A DNA stretch of 64,000 bases, taken from an uncultured Clostridia bacterium. Lineage in GTDB: Bacteria > Bacillota > Clostridia > Oscillospirales > CAG-272. The DNA lies in assembly GCA_948466345.1 (NCBI GenBank), contig CAOKAC010000005.1:8406-72405 (forward strand), in the 5' to 3' direction. Shown here one piece after another: positions 1 to 10,196 of this stretch (the first letter of the stretch is position 1; every line of letters begins with the position of its first letter). The translations under genes and the position numbers were made by a program. The notes under the pieces were generated by a model. It saw only the letters and a program-made list of their open reading frames with translations, made no database searches and was not told the origin of the DNA.

Positions 1-351
1 GCAGAACTGGATTTTGATGCCCTATTCCAGATGAGAAAAACAAAGTTTGAATATACGTCCCTGCCCAAATATCCTGCGCTGGAACGAGATTTTTCCTTCG
101 TTTGCAGCGAAGCGCTTGCAGTGGGCGATATACGTGATGTGATGCTACGTGCCGGCGGCAAGATGGTTGCAGATGTATCTCTATTTGATGTATATCGCGG
201 TCCCCAAGTGGGAGAGGGGAAGAAGAGCGTTTCCTTTGCCGTGCTGCTGCGTGCCTCTGACCGCACACTGACAGATGAAGAGGCAGATGCCATTGCAGAT
301 AAGATTATGAAGCGGCTCCATGACGAGTATGGTATCGTACTGCGGGCGTAA
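1..351 (+). CDS. pheT: phenylalanine--tRNA ligase beta subunit, C-terminal fragment (5' end lies outside the window)
   Basis: The frame is open from the window edge. The C-terminal sequence FDVYRGPQVGEGKKSVSFAVLLRASDRTLTDEE is typical of the PheT FDX-ACB domain. Confidence 0.85.
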   Translation, partial: AELDFDALFQMRKTKFEYTSLPKYPALERDFSFVCSEALAVGDIRDVMLRAGGKMVADVSLFDVYRGPQVGEGKKSVSFAVLLRASDRTLTDEEADAIADKIMKRLHDEYGIVLRA

Positions 352-360
352 AGGTGTGTT

Positions 361-924
361 ATGAAAAATGTATATGAATTACAAGTTGCAGGGCTGCGCC
401 GGGAGTTGCCGCTGTGTCCGCTAAATGATAATCTGTATATTGGTGCATTTGTGATTTTCGGAGATCCGGAGTTGACTAACGCCTGTGCCAAGGAACTGCT
501 GGAAAATGCGCCGGCATATGATTATATGATTACAGCAGAATCCAAGGGAATCCCCTTGGTTCATGAAATGGCGCGTCTCGCGGGCAATCAAAAATATTTT
601 GTCGCTCGTAAACGGCCAAAGCTTTATATGACAGGTGTGTTTGAGGTGACGGTTCATTCCATTACTACCCAAGGGGAACAGAAGCTTTATCTGGATGCGG
701 CGGATGCCGCTCAGATGAAGGGTAAAAGGATCTTGCTGGTGGATGATGTAATTTCTACCGGAGAATCTTTGCGCGCGTTGGAAGAACTGGTAACCGCCGC
801 TGGGGCCGAAATTGCGGGTCGTATGTGTATACTGGCAGAGGGGGACGCTCAAAAACGGCAGGATATGCAGTATCTTGCAGGGCTTCCCTTGTTTGATAAA
901 AACGGCGATCCGATTATCGAATAA
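361..924 (+). CDS. phosphoribosyltransferase family protein (adenine/xanthine PRT-like)
   Basis: Carries the PRPP-binding motif ILLVDDVISTGESL. Size is 187 aa. Confidence 0.75.
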   Translation: MKNVYELQVAGLRRELPLCPLNDNLYIGAFVIFGDPELTNACAKELLENAPAYDYMITAESKGIPLVHEMARLAGNQKYFVARKRPKLYMTGVFEVTVHSITTQGEQKLYLDAADAAQMKGKRILLVDDVISTGESLRALEELVTAAGAEIAGRMCILAEGDAQKRQDMQYLAGLPLFDKNGDPIIE

Positions 925-959
925 AAAAGCCTCCCTATAATAAAGGGAGGTCTTTTTTT
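923..959. terminator. bidirectional rho-independent terminator
   Basis: Stem cctccct / agggagg, flanked by an A-run and a T-run, sits between convergent genes. Confidence 0.7.
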
Positions 960-3087
960 ACACAACAGTGAACGGTGCAAATGCTTCGCAGGTAGAGTCC
1001 GGTCCGATATACAACCGGAAGTCGCCGGGTTCCAGTACCTGTTCCAGTTTTTCATTTAAAAATGTAAACCGTTCGGAGGGGATAGAGAAAGAAATCTGAA
1101 GTGTCTGTCCTGCGTCCAGAGATATTTTTTCAAAATCGCACAGCAGCTTATCCGGTGTTGCGATAGAAGATACCAAGTCGCAGAAATACACCTGTACAAC
1201 CTCTTCCACAGGGGTAGCTCCTGTGTTGGAAATAGTCACACTAGCCCGCAACGCTTCTCCCGGCCGCAGCTCCGGATTTTCGATGGTAATATTGTCATAT
1301 ACAATTGTACTGTAGGTGAGTCCATATCCGAAGGGATAAAGGGGATCGGCGGGACAGTCTCTATACCGACGGGGGAAGAGACTTCTGGGCCGACCGGCGG
1401 AAAGGCTTGCATAGTAGATGGGGATTTGCCCGGTTGCTCTAGGGAAAGTTACCGGCAGTCTGCCACTGGGAGATAAGTCTCCCATAAGAAGCTGGCGGAT
1501 GGCATTCCCCGCTTCTACACCGGAGTGCCATCCAAGGAGCAGTGCGTCGGACATTTCATCCAGTCGACTGCAGGCAAGGGGACGTGCAGTGAGCAGTACG
1601 GAAACGATGGGCTTTTTCAATCCCTTCAGCAGCTTCAAATATTCATACTGAATATCCGGCAAATCGATATCAATACGGCCGCCGCCTTCTCCTGCCCACT
1701 GACAGGGCTCGCCGCACACATAAATAATGCCGTCACAGCCGGCGGCCAGGCGAGCAGCTTCTTTGAACTTTGCCCGGTCGGTGCCTTCAAAGTCACATCC
1801 TGCCAGATAAACGATTTCAATACCCTCTTCTTTTTCCAATGCCATACGTGTTGTTATAACAGTAGCGGGATCGCACCGTCCACCCCAAACACCCATAGCT
1901 TCATATTGTGCGTCCGCCATGGGACCGGTAACCAGATATTTTTTGCCGTCCCGTTTCAGAGGAAGAATATTTTCTTTATTTTTCAAAAGAACCATAGAAT
2001 GGGCTGCAAGATCCCTTGCGGCGTCTCGGTACTCTTCTTTCAGAAACGCAGTGCTGGTATCTTCATCTCGGTAGGGATTTGCAAAAATACCTGCGGCGAA
2101 CTTAACACACAAAATACGCAGCACGCTTTGATCAATGGCCGGCAAAATTTCCGGCACTTCTTCGACCAGGGCTTCCAATGTTTCGACATAAGCGCAGGAG
2201 TGCATATCCATGTCACAGCCTGCCAAAAGTGCACGGCGTGCCGCATCTTTTTTATCCTGCGCTACCCGGTGATTTACCAGCTCCAGCACACTGGTCCAGT
2301 CGGACACTACAAATCCGGAAAAGCCCCATATTTCCCGCAAAAGCTGGGTAAGATAATACTGAGAACCGGTTACAGGAATGCCGTTGAGAGAGTTGAATGA
2401 GGACATGCAGGTCATAGCACCGGCATCCACCGCCGCTTTATATACAGGCAGATATTCCCCATGCAGGGTGCGTTCGCTGATATCGCAGGATTCATAATCT
2501 CTGCCTGCCTCGCTGAGGCCATATCCGCAATAATGCTTAAAGCAGGAGGCTACATAAGGATATCCGGTATCCGGATTCATTGTCTGGAATCCCCGTATTC
2601 TGGCGGCTGCCACAGCGCTGCCCAGCAGCTTGTCCTCTCCTGCGCCTTCTGCAATTCTGCCCCAGCGGGGTTCTCTGGAAATATCAATCATGGGAGAATA
2701 TACCCAGTTGATTCCCTCTGCATACGTTTCCATTGCAGAGATGCGTTCAGAGTTTTCAATTTTGTCCATATCCCAGCTGGCTGCGCCTGCCAGGGGTACG
2801 GGAAACAGTGTTCTATCCCCATGCACCATATCGTGGCCGATAATCAGCGGGATTCCCAGCCGACTTTCTTCCACAGCAAGCCGCTGCAGTCGGTTTGCTG
2901 TCTGCACGTCCGGCACATTCAGAAATGCGCCGATTGTGCCGGAGCGCACCAGTTCTTCATCCAAATTTCGCACAGTACCCAAAAGATGCAGCTGGCCTAT
3001 TTTTTCCTGCAGGGTCATTTTTTGCAGAATTTCCATCGCCTTAGGAACATAAGGAGACGGATCAAATTTGTTGTGATATTCTTTCAT
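958..3087 (-). CDS. glycoside hydrolase family 3 beta-glucosidase (BglX-like)
   Basis: 709 aa with GH3 motifs GHDMVHG and VVSDW. The C-terminal beta-sandwich tail is typical of GH3 enzymes. Confidence 0.85.
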   Translation of the reverse strand: MKEYHNKFDPSPYVPKAMEILQKMTLQEKIGQLHLLGTVRNLDEELVRSGTIGAFLNVPDVQTANRLQRLAVEESRLGIPLIIGHDMVHGDRTLFPVPLAGAASWDMDKIENSERISAMETYAEGINWVYSPMIDISREPRWGRIAEGAGEDKLLGSAVAAARIRGFQTMNPDTGYPYVASCFKHYCGYGLSEAGRDYESCDISERTLHGEYLPVYKAAVDAGAMTCMSSFNSLNGIPVTGSQYYLTQLLREIWGFSGFVVSDWTSVLELVNHRVAQDKKDAARRALLAGCDMDMHSCAYVETLEALVEEVPEILPAIDQSVLRILCVKFAAGIFANPYRDEDTSTAFLKEEYRDAARDLAAHSMVLLKNKENILPLKRDGKKYLVTGPMADAQYEAMGVWGGRCDPATVITTRMALEKEEGIEIVYLAGCDFEGTDRAKFKEAARLAAGCDGIIYVCGEPCQWAGEGGGRIDIDLPDIQYEYLKLLKGLKKPIVSVLLTARPLACSRLDEMSDALLLGWHSGVEAGNAIRQLLMGDLSPSGRLPVTFPRATGQIPIYYASLSAGRPRSLFPRRYRDCPADPLYPFGYGLTYSTIVYDNITIENPELRPGEALRASVTISNTGATPVEEVVQVYFCDLVSSIATPDKLLCDFEKISLDAGQTLQISFSIPSERFTFLNEKLEQVLEPGDFRLYIGPDSTCEAFAPFTVV

Positions 3088-3154
3088 ATGTATAATAGTC
3101 CTTCCTACACGGTATAAACAATCATTTTATATTTTATCATAGCGAGCGTTAAAG

Positions 3155-4735
3155 TCAAGTGCGCAGCAGCATTTTTTTTACATACCGGATGTCGGTACGA
3201 GAAACGGAGCGGGAAAGAATTAATAAAATTGCATATACAAGAACAGTAAAAGCAATTTGCAGGGGCATAGGCAGAGATGTATGCATAAAAGATGTTAGAA
3301 GACGAACGCTGCTGCAGGCTGCTAGGGAAGACAATCCTGGTACGGTGACCCAGCGGAGCAGAAACCGGATTTTAGTGACAGCCAGCATTCGGCTGATGCT
3401 GAGGGCAGCGTTTACCGTTTCTGTAATATACACGCATGCTACGTATCCCCAAATACCAAAACGGGGAACCAATGTTAAAACCAGAATTAGGCTAAGTCCT
3501 GCATCCAGTATATTTACTTTCATGCAGTACACTTGCTGTCCTAGTCCCTTTAAAATGGAATCTACTGCGGTATCCAAATACATCAGCGGTACCAGGGGCG
3601 CAAAGGCGGCAATATAACGTCCTGCCTCACTGCTGCTATAAACGCCCATGCCTAAAATGTGAGAAAAGGCCAAAAAAATACCGGCGACTCCCATAGAAAA
3701 CCATAGACTGACACGCACGACCTTAATGCCGATTTCCCGTGCCCGGATGGTGTTATCCGTGGCCAGACATTCCGATAACTCTGGTACCAGCAGGGAGGCG
3801 AAAGCACTGATTACTGAAGAGGGAAAAAAGATCAGAGGGAAGGCCATTCCGTGAAGCACGCCATAAGAGGCCAGTGCACCTTGGGGGTCGGCGCCGCTTT
3901 TGCGCAGTCCTGAGGGAATGGCAAGATGCTCGGCGCACAGCAAGCCCTGCCGCACGTAGGATCCGGCTGCTACTGGAAATGCAATGGAGGCGGCGCGGGA
4001 CAGTGCTCCCGGCTTTTTCTTATACGGAAGAGCGGCAGTGCCGGCATTTGTGCATGTTTTTACCCCGCGATCCGTTATGTAAAGGAATATGGCAAGAAGC
4101 AGAGAAGCAATTTCCGAAATTGCTGCCCCTCCTACAACGGCAAGACATGCATATTCGATCCCCCGTGGAGCGATGATCACCAGTCCGGCAGATACCAGTG
4201 CGATTTGTACAAACTGTTCGCAGATGGAAATAGCTGCATTTTTGTAGACCTTACGCAGTCCGGTGAAGTATCCGGCAAGGGCGGATGACAGAGATATGGG
4301 AACAAGCCCTATACTCAGTAATTGCAGAGAGGGAATCGTCCGAATGTCTCCCAAAACGTAGGTTCCTAAAATACCGGACAGCGTAAACAACAAAATACCT
4401 GCGAAAAGTCCGAAAAACAAGCTATAGCCGATACAGCCAGCCAGTTCTTCTCGAAGTGCGCGGCGCAGCGCTTTCCCACAAATACCATTTTGTTCACATT
4501 GTGCCAGCCGCTCCGATGTCATGCGCACAGTGGCTAGATTGACGCCGGATACAGCTAGAGTAATGGCCAGGGAATATACGCTCATCACAAGCGTGAAAAG
4601 TCCCAGTGCTTGGGATCCGATTTTCTGTGCCACAAAGGCATTGAAGCTAACGCCAATAGCCCGTAGTCCGACTGTTACAGCGGACAGCAGGATGGCGTTT
4701 AAGAAATATCTTTGCGATTTACTTGTCTGTTTCAT
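3155..4735 (-). CDS. spoVB: MOP-superfamily polysaccharide/peptidoglycan-precursor flippase, SpoVB-like
   Basis: 526-aa polytopic membrane protein. The N-terminus LNAILLSAVTVGLRAIGVSFNAFVAQKIGSQALGLF resembles stage V sporulation protein B. Confidence 0.65.
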   Translation of the reverse strand: MKQTSKSQRYFLNAILLSAVTVGLRAIGVSFNAFVAQKIGSQALGLFTLVMSVYSLAITLAVSGVNLATVRMTSERLAQCEQNGICGKALRRALREELAGCIGYSLFFGLFAGILLFTLSGILGTYVLGDIRTIPSLQLLSIGLVPISLSSALAGYFTGLRKVYKNAAISICEQFVQIALVSAGLVIIAPRGIEYACLAVVGGAAISEIASLLLAIFLYITDRGVKTCTNAGTAALPYKKKPGALSRAASIAFPVAAGSYVRQGLLCAEHLAIPSGLRKSGADPQGALASYGVLHGMAFPLIFFPSSVISAFASLLVPELSECLATDNTIRAREIGIKVVRVSLWFSMGVAGIFLAFSHILGMGVYSSSEAGRYIAAFAPLVPLMYLDTAVDSILKGLGQQVYCMKVNILDAGLSLILVLTLVPRFGIWGYVACVYITETVNAALSISRMLAVTKIRFLLRWVTVPGLSSLAACSSVRLLTSFMHTSLPMPLQIAFTVLVYAILLILSRSVSRTDIRYVKKMLLRT

Positions 4736-4810
4736 ATATATGTAAGCAGGCCGCGGGGCAGAGGCGGCTGTGTGCTTTTCCTCCGTCCCTACTATATTCG
4801 AGAAAGCAAA

Positions 4811-4850
4811 GAAAGAGAACCACCGCTATTTTAGCGATGGTTCTCTTTCT
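4811..4850. terminator. hairpin terminator downstream of pyrP
   Basis: Imperfect 13-bp stem agagaaccaccgc / gcgatggttctct with flanking T/A runs. Confidence 0.55.
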
Positions 4851-4858
4851 TTAATATA

Positions 4859-6241
4859 TCAGGACTCGTTCTGTTCTTTCTTTTTACCGAGGATCACATT
4901 GGTAAGAATACCTAGGATCAGTGCGCAAGCAACGGATGTGAGGGTTACCTTTCCAAAGGTGACTGTTAGCCCTCCAATACCGGAAATTAGGATAACAGAA
5001 ACAACAAACAGATTTCTGTTTTCTTCCAAATTTACTTTTTGAATCATCTTTAGACCGCTTACTGCAATAAAGCCATACAAGGCCATGCAAACGCCGCCCA
5101 TCACACAAGAGGGAATGGAGTTAACAAACACAATAAAGGGGTTTAAAAAGGATACAATCACGGCGCCTATCGCCGCACCCATGATGGTGTAGAGGGAAGC
5201 GTTTCTGGTGATTGCAACACAAGCTACAGATTCTCCATAGGTAGTATTGGGACATCCGCCAAACACAGCGCCTACCATAGAGCCTACACCGTCTCCCAGC
5301 AAGGTTCTGTGCAGTCCGGGGTCTTCCAAAAGGTCCTTTCCGATAATGGAAGAAATATTTTTATGGTCGGCCAAGTGTTCCGCAAACACAACAAATGCAA
5401 CGGGAATATAGGCTACGGCAACACTGCCAAGATATTGGGCGTCCAGTTTACTAAAGCCTTTTACTGCGGTGAGGAAAGTAAAGTCCGGTACAGCAAAGAA
5501 GGTTGTCAGAGCCACCTTACCATCTACAAGCAAACGATTGAATATGGAAAAGTCGATTACTTTGAGTGTATCTAAATCCGCTGCATTGCCGATTATAGTT
5601 AAAATAGCGGCAAAAGCGTAGCCAGACAGAATTCCGATGATAAAAGGAATCATTTTCACATTTCTCTTTCCGTATGTAGAGCAGAGAATGGTTACGGCCA
5701 AGGTGACCAGTCCACACAAAATGGTGACCAAAGGAGATGCGACGGGAAGTCCATCTACCCCTGCAACATTTCCTTTCATCAGATCCCCCACCGCATTTCC
5801 GGCAAGGGAAAGTCCAATCAGCGCTACTGTAGGTCCGATAACGACAGCAGGCATCAGCTTGGATATCCATTTAACGCCTGCAATTTTGATTACAATAGCG
5901 ATAACCACGTAAACGAGGCCGGCAAAAATGGCACCGATGATCAGTCCGAGATACCCCAGTTCGGGAGAGGACATGGCAATCGCTCCTGCGAATGCGGTGG
6001 ACATTGGCCCGATAAAGGCGAAGGATGACCCTAGAAATACGGGGCTTCTTCTTTTTGTAAAGAGGATGTACACAAGGGTGCCGATTCCTGCACCGAACAA
6101 GGCCGCTCCGGTACTCATACCGTTGCCTACAATGACCGGAACAACCAGTGTGGCAGTCATGATTGCAAGCAGCTGCTGCAGAGAAAAGATGATCAGCTGC
6201 CCGGCTTTGGGCTTGTCCTGAATGTTGTAGATCAGTTTCAT
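4859..6241 (-). CDS. pyrP: uracil permease (NCS2 family)
   Basis: Multi-TM NCS2-type sequence lying directly downstream of pyrR. I prefer the ATG at 6241 (MKLIYNIQDKPK), which is preceded by GGAG, over the ORF-track start at 6280. Confidence 0.85.
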   Translation of the reverse strand: MKLIYNIQDKPKAGQLIIFSLQQLLAIMTATLVVPVIVGNGMSTGAALFGAGIGTLVYILFTKRRSPVFLGSSFAFIGPMSTAFAGAIAMSSPELGYLGLIIGAIFAGLVYVVIAIVIKIAGVKWISKLMPAVVIGPTVALIGLSLAGNAVGDLMKGNVAGVDGLPVASPLVTILCGLVTLAVTILCSTYGKRNVKMIPFIIGILSGYAFAAILTIIGNAADLDTLKVIDFSIFNRLLVDGKVALTTFFAVPDFTFLTAVKGFSKLDAQYLGSVAVAYIPVAFVVFAEHLADHKNISSIIGKDLLEDPGLHRTLLGDGVGSMVGAVFGGCPNTTYGESVACVAITRNASLYTIMGAAIGAVIVSFLNPFIVFVNSIPSCVMGGVCMALYGFIAVSGLKMIQKVNLEENRNLFVVSVILISGIGGLTVTFGKVTLTSVACALILGILTNVILGKKKEQNES

Positions 6242-6335
6242 AAAAAACTCCATTCCTTGCCGCCGGGGCTGATACGGCATCCCATTGCGGCATAAATTCT
6301 ATTGAAAGCGGCAGTCGCCGCACATCAATCTTTTT

Positions 6336-6878
6336 TTATTCTGCTTTGGCAAGGCAGACCTGCCATATCCCGTCAATTTCCTGCACCATTACCTGGACAA
6401 TCTCATCATGGGACGTAGGCACATTTTTTCCCACAAAGTCCGGTTTGATAGGGAGTTCCCGGTGCCCTCTGTCAATAAGCACAGCAAGCTGGATACTTTT
6501 GGGACGGCCCGCTGTAAATACGGCTTCAATGGCGGCCCGTGCAGTGCGGCCTGTATAAATTACATCGTCTACCAGTACCACTGTTTTTCCTGTAACATCC
6601 CCTGGAAACAGAGTATCTGCTGCTGTCACCGATGTCACACAGGTGGGTGTCAGATCGTCTCTATATCGTGTAATGTCCACATATCCTACAGGAACGCCGG
6701 CTCCTTCAAATCTTTGTATATTTGTTGCCAGTATAGTAGAAAGAGGCACACCCCTGCGTTTGATTCCGATGAGACAAAGCTCGTCGCATCCTTGGTTTCG
6801 CTCGATAATTTCATGGGTGATTCTGGCCAGACTACGCATCATAGCCGCTTCATCCATTAAGGTTGCTTTAAAAATCAC
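6336..6878 (-). CDS. pyrR: bifunctional pyr operon attenuation regulator / uracil phosphoribosyltransferase PyrR
   Basis: LARITHEIIERNQG and VVLVDDVIYTGRTARAA are PyrR hallmarks. GTG start. Confidence 0.9.
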   Translation of the reverse strand: MIFKATLMDEAAMMRSLARITHEIIERNQGCDELCLIGIKRRGVPLSTILATNIQRFEGAGVPVGYVDITRYRDDLTPTCVTSVTAADTLFPGDVTGKTVVLVDDVIYTGRTARAAIEAVFTAGRPKSIQLAVLIDRGHRELPIKPDFVGKNVPTSHDEIVQVMVQEIDGIWQVCLAKAE

Positions 6879-7042
6879 TTTTTAATCATTCCTATTCTTT
6901 TCCATAAAAAAAGCCTTGCACGCGGCAAGACTGCAGCACTGGCTGTAAATCTTACCGGCTTCACGGAGCCGCTTAAAAATTTCACCTATGCATTTTGTTA
7001 GTATTCTGTAGGCAGTATAGCAGAATTTGTCTGAAATGTAAA
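6879..7042 (-). promoter_or_regulatory. pyrR promoter plus leader with a terminator-like hairpin (putative PyrR attenuator)
   Basis: On the minus strand: TTTACA, 17-nt spacer, TATACT (7042..7014). Then a hairpin UUUAAG-CGGCUCCGUGAAGCCG-GUAAGA, followed by cuugc-cgcgu-gcaag and a U7 run (6930..6906) just before the RBS. The canonical UCCAGAGAGG PyrR box is not clearly present. Confidence 0.4.
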
Positions 7043-7093
7043 TAGAATATTGTAAAAAAATGAAATTTGATGTCGGCGTCACTTTAAATATTG

Positions 7094-7145
7094 AAAAAAA
7101 GAACCTTCTATGATAAATGCTTCATCATAGAAGGTTCTTTTTATT
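7094..7145. terminator. bidirectional terminator
   Basis: 14-bp perfect stem gaaccttctatgat / atcatagaaggttc, flanked by A7 and T5. Confidence 0.75.
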
Positions 7146-7149
7146 TATT

Positions 7150-7761
7150 TTACCGTTTTGCTGCCTCGCAAATCATCTGTGCAGCTGTATCCACACCAAG
7201 GGCGGCTGCATTGAGCATCATATCGTAATTGCGGCGGTCGCTCCAATCCCATTCCGTAAAAGTAGCGTAATGGCGGGCACGTCCCTTATCGGATTTCGTA
7301 ATTACATCCAACGCCTTCTTTTGAGAATATCCGTATTCATCTACTGCGCGTTTGATACGATCCTCCATGGATGCGTAAATAAACACTTTTAGAAGATCGT
7401 GCCTTTCCCGTAAAATGAAGTCTGCACAACGGCCAACGATTACGCAGGGCGAGGCGGCATACTTCTGGATTACCTTCTGCTGTGCCAGAAATACTTGCAT
7501 TGTCAGGGGTACAGAATTGGTTCCGCCCAGCCCCAACATACCATATGTATAGCTGTTGCCCATGGCAAGATTATACAAAAAGCTGCTGGTAATTTCCTGT
7601 TCGTTATTTTCTATAAAATCTGAAGAAAGTCCGCTTTCCTTTGCGGCCTCATCAATTAATTCCCTATCGTAATATGGGATTTGCAAAAGTCTGGCGACTT
7701 CTTTGCCTACAGTTCTGCCTCCACTTCCCAGTTCACGGCCAATGGTAATAACACGATCCAT
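7150..7761 (-). CDS. cytidylate kinase-like family protein (AAA/NMP-kinase fold)
   Basis: MDRVITIGRELGSGGRTVGKEVARLLQIPYYDRELI is typical of this family. I prefer the ATG at 7761 over the upstream start at 7839. Confidence 0.7.
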   Translation of the reverse strand: MDRVITIGRELGSGGRTVGKEVARLLQIPYYDRELIDEAAKESGLSSDFIENNEQEITSSFLYNLAMGNSYTYGMLGLGGTNSVPLTMQVFLAQQKVIQKYAASPCVIVGRCADFILRERHDLLKVFIYASMEDRIKRAVDEYGYSQKKALDVITKSDKGRARHYATFTEWDWSDRRNYDMMLNAAALGVDTAAQMICEAAKR

Positions 7762-7868
7762 AAATAAAACCTGCCTTTCCGCAAAGAGCATATGGCATTT
7801 TGCTGCATTTCGTACTCTTATGCAATTATATTTTAGCATATCTTCATAAAGAATGCAATGTCTTTATG

Positions 7869-7908
7869 AAAAATCCTGTGCCTATGTTTTTCGAGCACAG
7901 GATTTTTT
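7869..7908. terminator. bidirectional terminator
   Basis: Stem aaaatcctgtgc / gcacaggatttt with flanking runs. Confidence 0.7.
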
Positions 7909-8101
7909 AACGATACATACCACTGACCAAATGGAAAAGCTCGTCCCGAGAACGGACGGCGCGCGCCCGGAAGATTATAGCATCCTGCTGCTGCGCCGTC
8001 ATTTTGGCAAAGGCATCTCTTGCTGCCGAATCGGCAGCAAGAGATGCAGCCAGACATATAGGCATGTACCTTTTTTCCTCCAGATAATTATTTATCGACA
8101 C
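7907..8101 (-). CDS. small hypothetical protein (52-64 aa)
   Basis: The ORF is followed directly by a strong terminator. An internal ATG with an upstream GGAGG gives MPICLAASLAADSAARDAFAKMTAQQQDAIIFRARAV. No confident family call. Confidence 0.4.
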   Translation of the reverse strand: MSINNYLEEKRYMPICLAASLAADSAARDAFAKMTAQQQDAIIFRARAVRSRDELFHLVSGMYR

Positions 8102-8335
8102 GATAACACCTCGTTTTTACGCAGCAAAGCTGCTGCAAAACAGCATAAAATAAATCCGTATTCTTCCATCGCCACTCGTGTATTTTTTGAACAAGTATTG
8201 ATTTATATTTATTTTACCCACGGGACGGCCTATATTTCGAGGCAATTTTATGTTTTGTCGCCGGCAGCTATTTACATTTTTGCTTTTTTTATATAAAATA
8301 AAAGACAGCTATACTAAAAATAAACGGAGTTTGCC

Positions 8336-9595
8336 ATGAATCTGACCAAAGAAACAAGAGCATTGGCTATAGAGGCCGAGGAAGCGCTTGCCGATGTTTT
8401 TCAAAAAATCGACGAAACAGCACGCCTGCGCACAGAGCAGCTTTTAGATATATATCGAGAGGAGCGGGTATCCGAGGCATTGTTTGCCCCCTCTACAGGA
8501 TACGGATACGGGGATAGAGGCAGGGACGCCATTGACCGAATTGCGGCAAGGGTACTTGGCGCGCCGGCAGGATTTATGCGTCCTTCTATCCTCAGTGGTA
8601 CCCACGCTCTCACAATCGGCCTGTTTGGTTTGCTGAGACCGGGGGATATAATGCTGTCTATAACCGGCGCTCCGTATGATACCTTACACGGTGTCATTGG
8701 CATCACCGGCAAAATGGGGGCCGGCAGCCTTGCCGATTTTGGAATCCGGTATGTGCAGTTGGAACTAGGCGCCGATGGTGGCATGGATCTGTCGGCTGTT
8801 GGTGCCGCGCTGGAGCAGTATAAGGATAAAATTCGTGTGGTATTCATGCAGCGGTCTAAGGGGTATCAAAACCGAAAGACGCTTACCGTAGAGGAAATCG
8901 GAGAAGCAGCGGCATTTGTCAAAAATCATGCTTCCGGGAATCCCTATGTGGTGTTGGATAACTGCTATGGAGAATTTACCCAGAAAACAGAGCCCTGTGC
9001 GCATGGTGTAGATCTTATGATTGGTTCCCTGATCAAAAACCCCGGCGGAGGTCTGGCGGACTGCGGCGGATATTTGGTTGGAAGCGAAAAAGCGGTAGAA
9101 TTGGCGTCATATCGGCTAACCTGCCCGGGAGTAGGTTTGGAAGTCGGCGCATCGCTTGGACAAAACCGCAATTTGCTTCGTGGGCTGTTTTATGCCCCTC
9201 ATACCACTGCACAGGCTCTACGGTCAGCACACCTTGCAGCATACATATTTCAGAAGCTAGGCTATGCCGTGAATCCGGGACCTTTTGATCTGCGCAGCGA
9301 TATCATTCAAACGGTGCAGTTGGAAAGTGGCGAAGCGCTGGTGGAATTTTGCAGGGGAATCCAGTCTGCCTCGCCTGTAGATGCATATGTTTCTCCGGAA
9401 CCATGGGATATGCCTGGTTATGACGATCCTGTAGTTATGGCGGCCGGCGCCTTTGTAGGCGGTTCATCTATTGAACTGTCTGCGGATGGTCCCATGCGTC
9501 CGCCTTACCTGGCGTTTCTGCAAGGGGGACTCACCTATGAAAGCGCCCGCTTAGGAATTATGGCGGCAGCCCAGCGCTGTGGTGCAAAAAAATAA
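8336..9595 (+). CDS. methionine gamma-lyase family / aluminium-resistance-type PLP protein (YnbB-like)
   Basis: 419 aa. STGYGYGDRGRDAIDRI and MRPSILSGTHAL are characteristic of the YnbB family. Confidence 0.75.
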   Translation: MNLTKETRALAIEAEEALADVFQKIDETARLRTEQLLDIYREERVSEALFAPSTGYGYGDRGRDAIDRIAARVLGAPAGFMRPSILSGTHALTIGLFGLLRPGDIMLSITGAPYDTLHGVIGITGKMGAGSLADFGIRYVQLELGADGGMDLSAVGAALEQYKDKIRVVFMQRSKGYQNRKTLTVEEIGEAAAFVKNHASGNPYVVLDNCYGEFTQKTEPCAHGVDLMIGSLIKNPGGGLADCGGYLVGSEKAVELASYRLTCPGVGLEVGASLGQNRNLLRGLFYAPHTTAQALRSAHLAAYIFQKLGYAVNPGPFDLRSDIIQTVQLESGEALVEFCRGIQSASPVDAYVSPEPWDMPGYDDPVVMAAGAFVGGSSIELSADGPMRPPYLAFLQGGLTYESARLGIMAAAQRCGAKK

Positions 9596-9627
9596 AGCCC
9601 GGAAAAAATTCGGACTTTATCATACTG

Positions 9628-10119
9628 TTATGTTTTCTTTTTCCATCGGGGGCCGGCAGCCCGTCGTTCCCTGAAAAAGGCAGTCAGTACTTCGGCGCAC
9701 GCTTCTTCCATTACACCAAAGGCAATCTGCGGCTTGTGATTTACTGGAAAGGAACAAAGATCCATCATACTGCCAAAAGCGCCGCCTTTGAGATCTTTTG
9801 CACCGATGATTACCCACGGAAGACGCGCGTTGATAATGGCGCCGCCGCACATTGGACACGGCTCCAGTGTAACAAACAGTTCGCAATCGGTCAGATGCCA
9901 TCCACCTAGCGCCTCGCAGGCGCTGCGGATGGCAGACAGTTCTGCGTGGGCAGTAGCGTCTCGCTGTCGCTCCCGGCCATTGCCGCAGCGGGCAAGAATT
10001 TTATTTTCCCGTACAATCACTGCTCCTACAGGAACTTCTCCCTCACGAGCGCACGCGGCAGCCTCCTCCAAGGCGATAGCCATATAATACTGATCTCGCT
10101 CCCTGTCCCTTTTTATCAT
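9628..10119 (-). CDS. tadA: tRNA adenosine(34) deaminase
   Basis: Carries the deaminase zinc motifs HAE and PCPMCGGA. I prefer the ATG at 10119 (MIKRDRERDQYYM). Confidence 0.85.
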   Translation of the reverse strand: MIKRDRERDQYYMAIALEEAAACAREGEVPVGAVIVRENKILARCGNGRERQRDATAHAELSAIRSACEALGGWHLTDCELFVTLEPCPMCGGAIINARLPWVIIGAKDLKGGAFGSMMDLCSFPVNHKPQIAFGVMEEACAEVLTAFFRERRAAGPRWKKKT

Positions 10120-10196
10120 ATCTGCTCCTACTTTTTTTCTTAGTATACAACACAGCAAAAATCCTGTCAAGATTCACTGCAGAAAGGTAAAATCTC

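Noticed and set aside
1525-2400. 291-aa + strand ORF (and neighbours 2461..3117 and 2630..3052) inside the GH3 gene region
   Set aside because: It is fully antisense to a well-supported GH3 CDS. The translation is low-complexity and Cys/Phe-rich with no motif, and there is no RBS.
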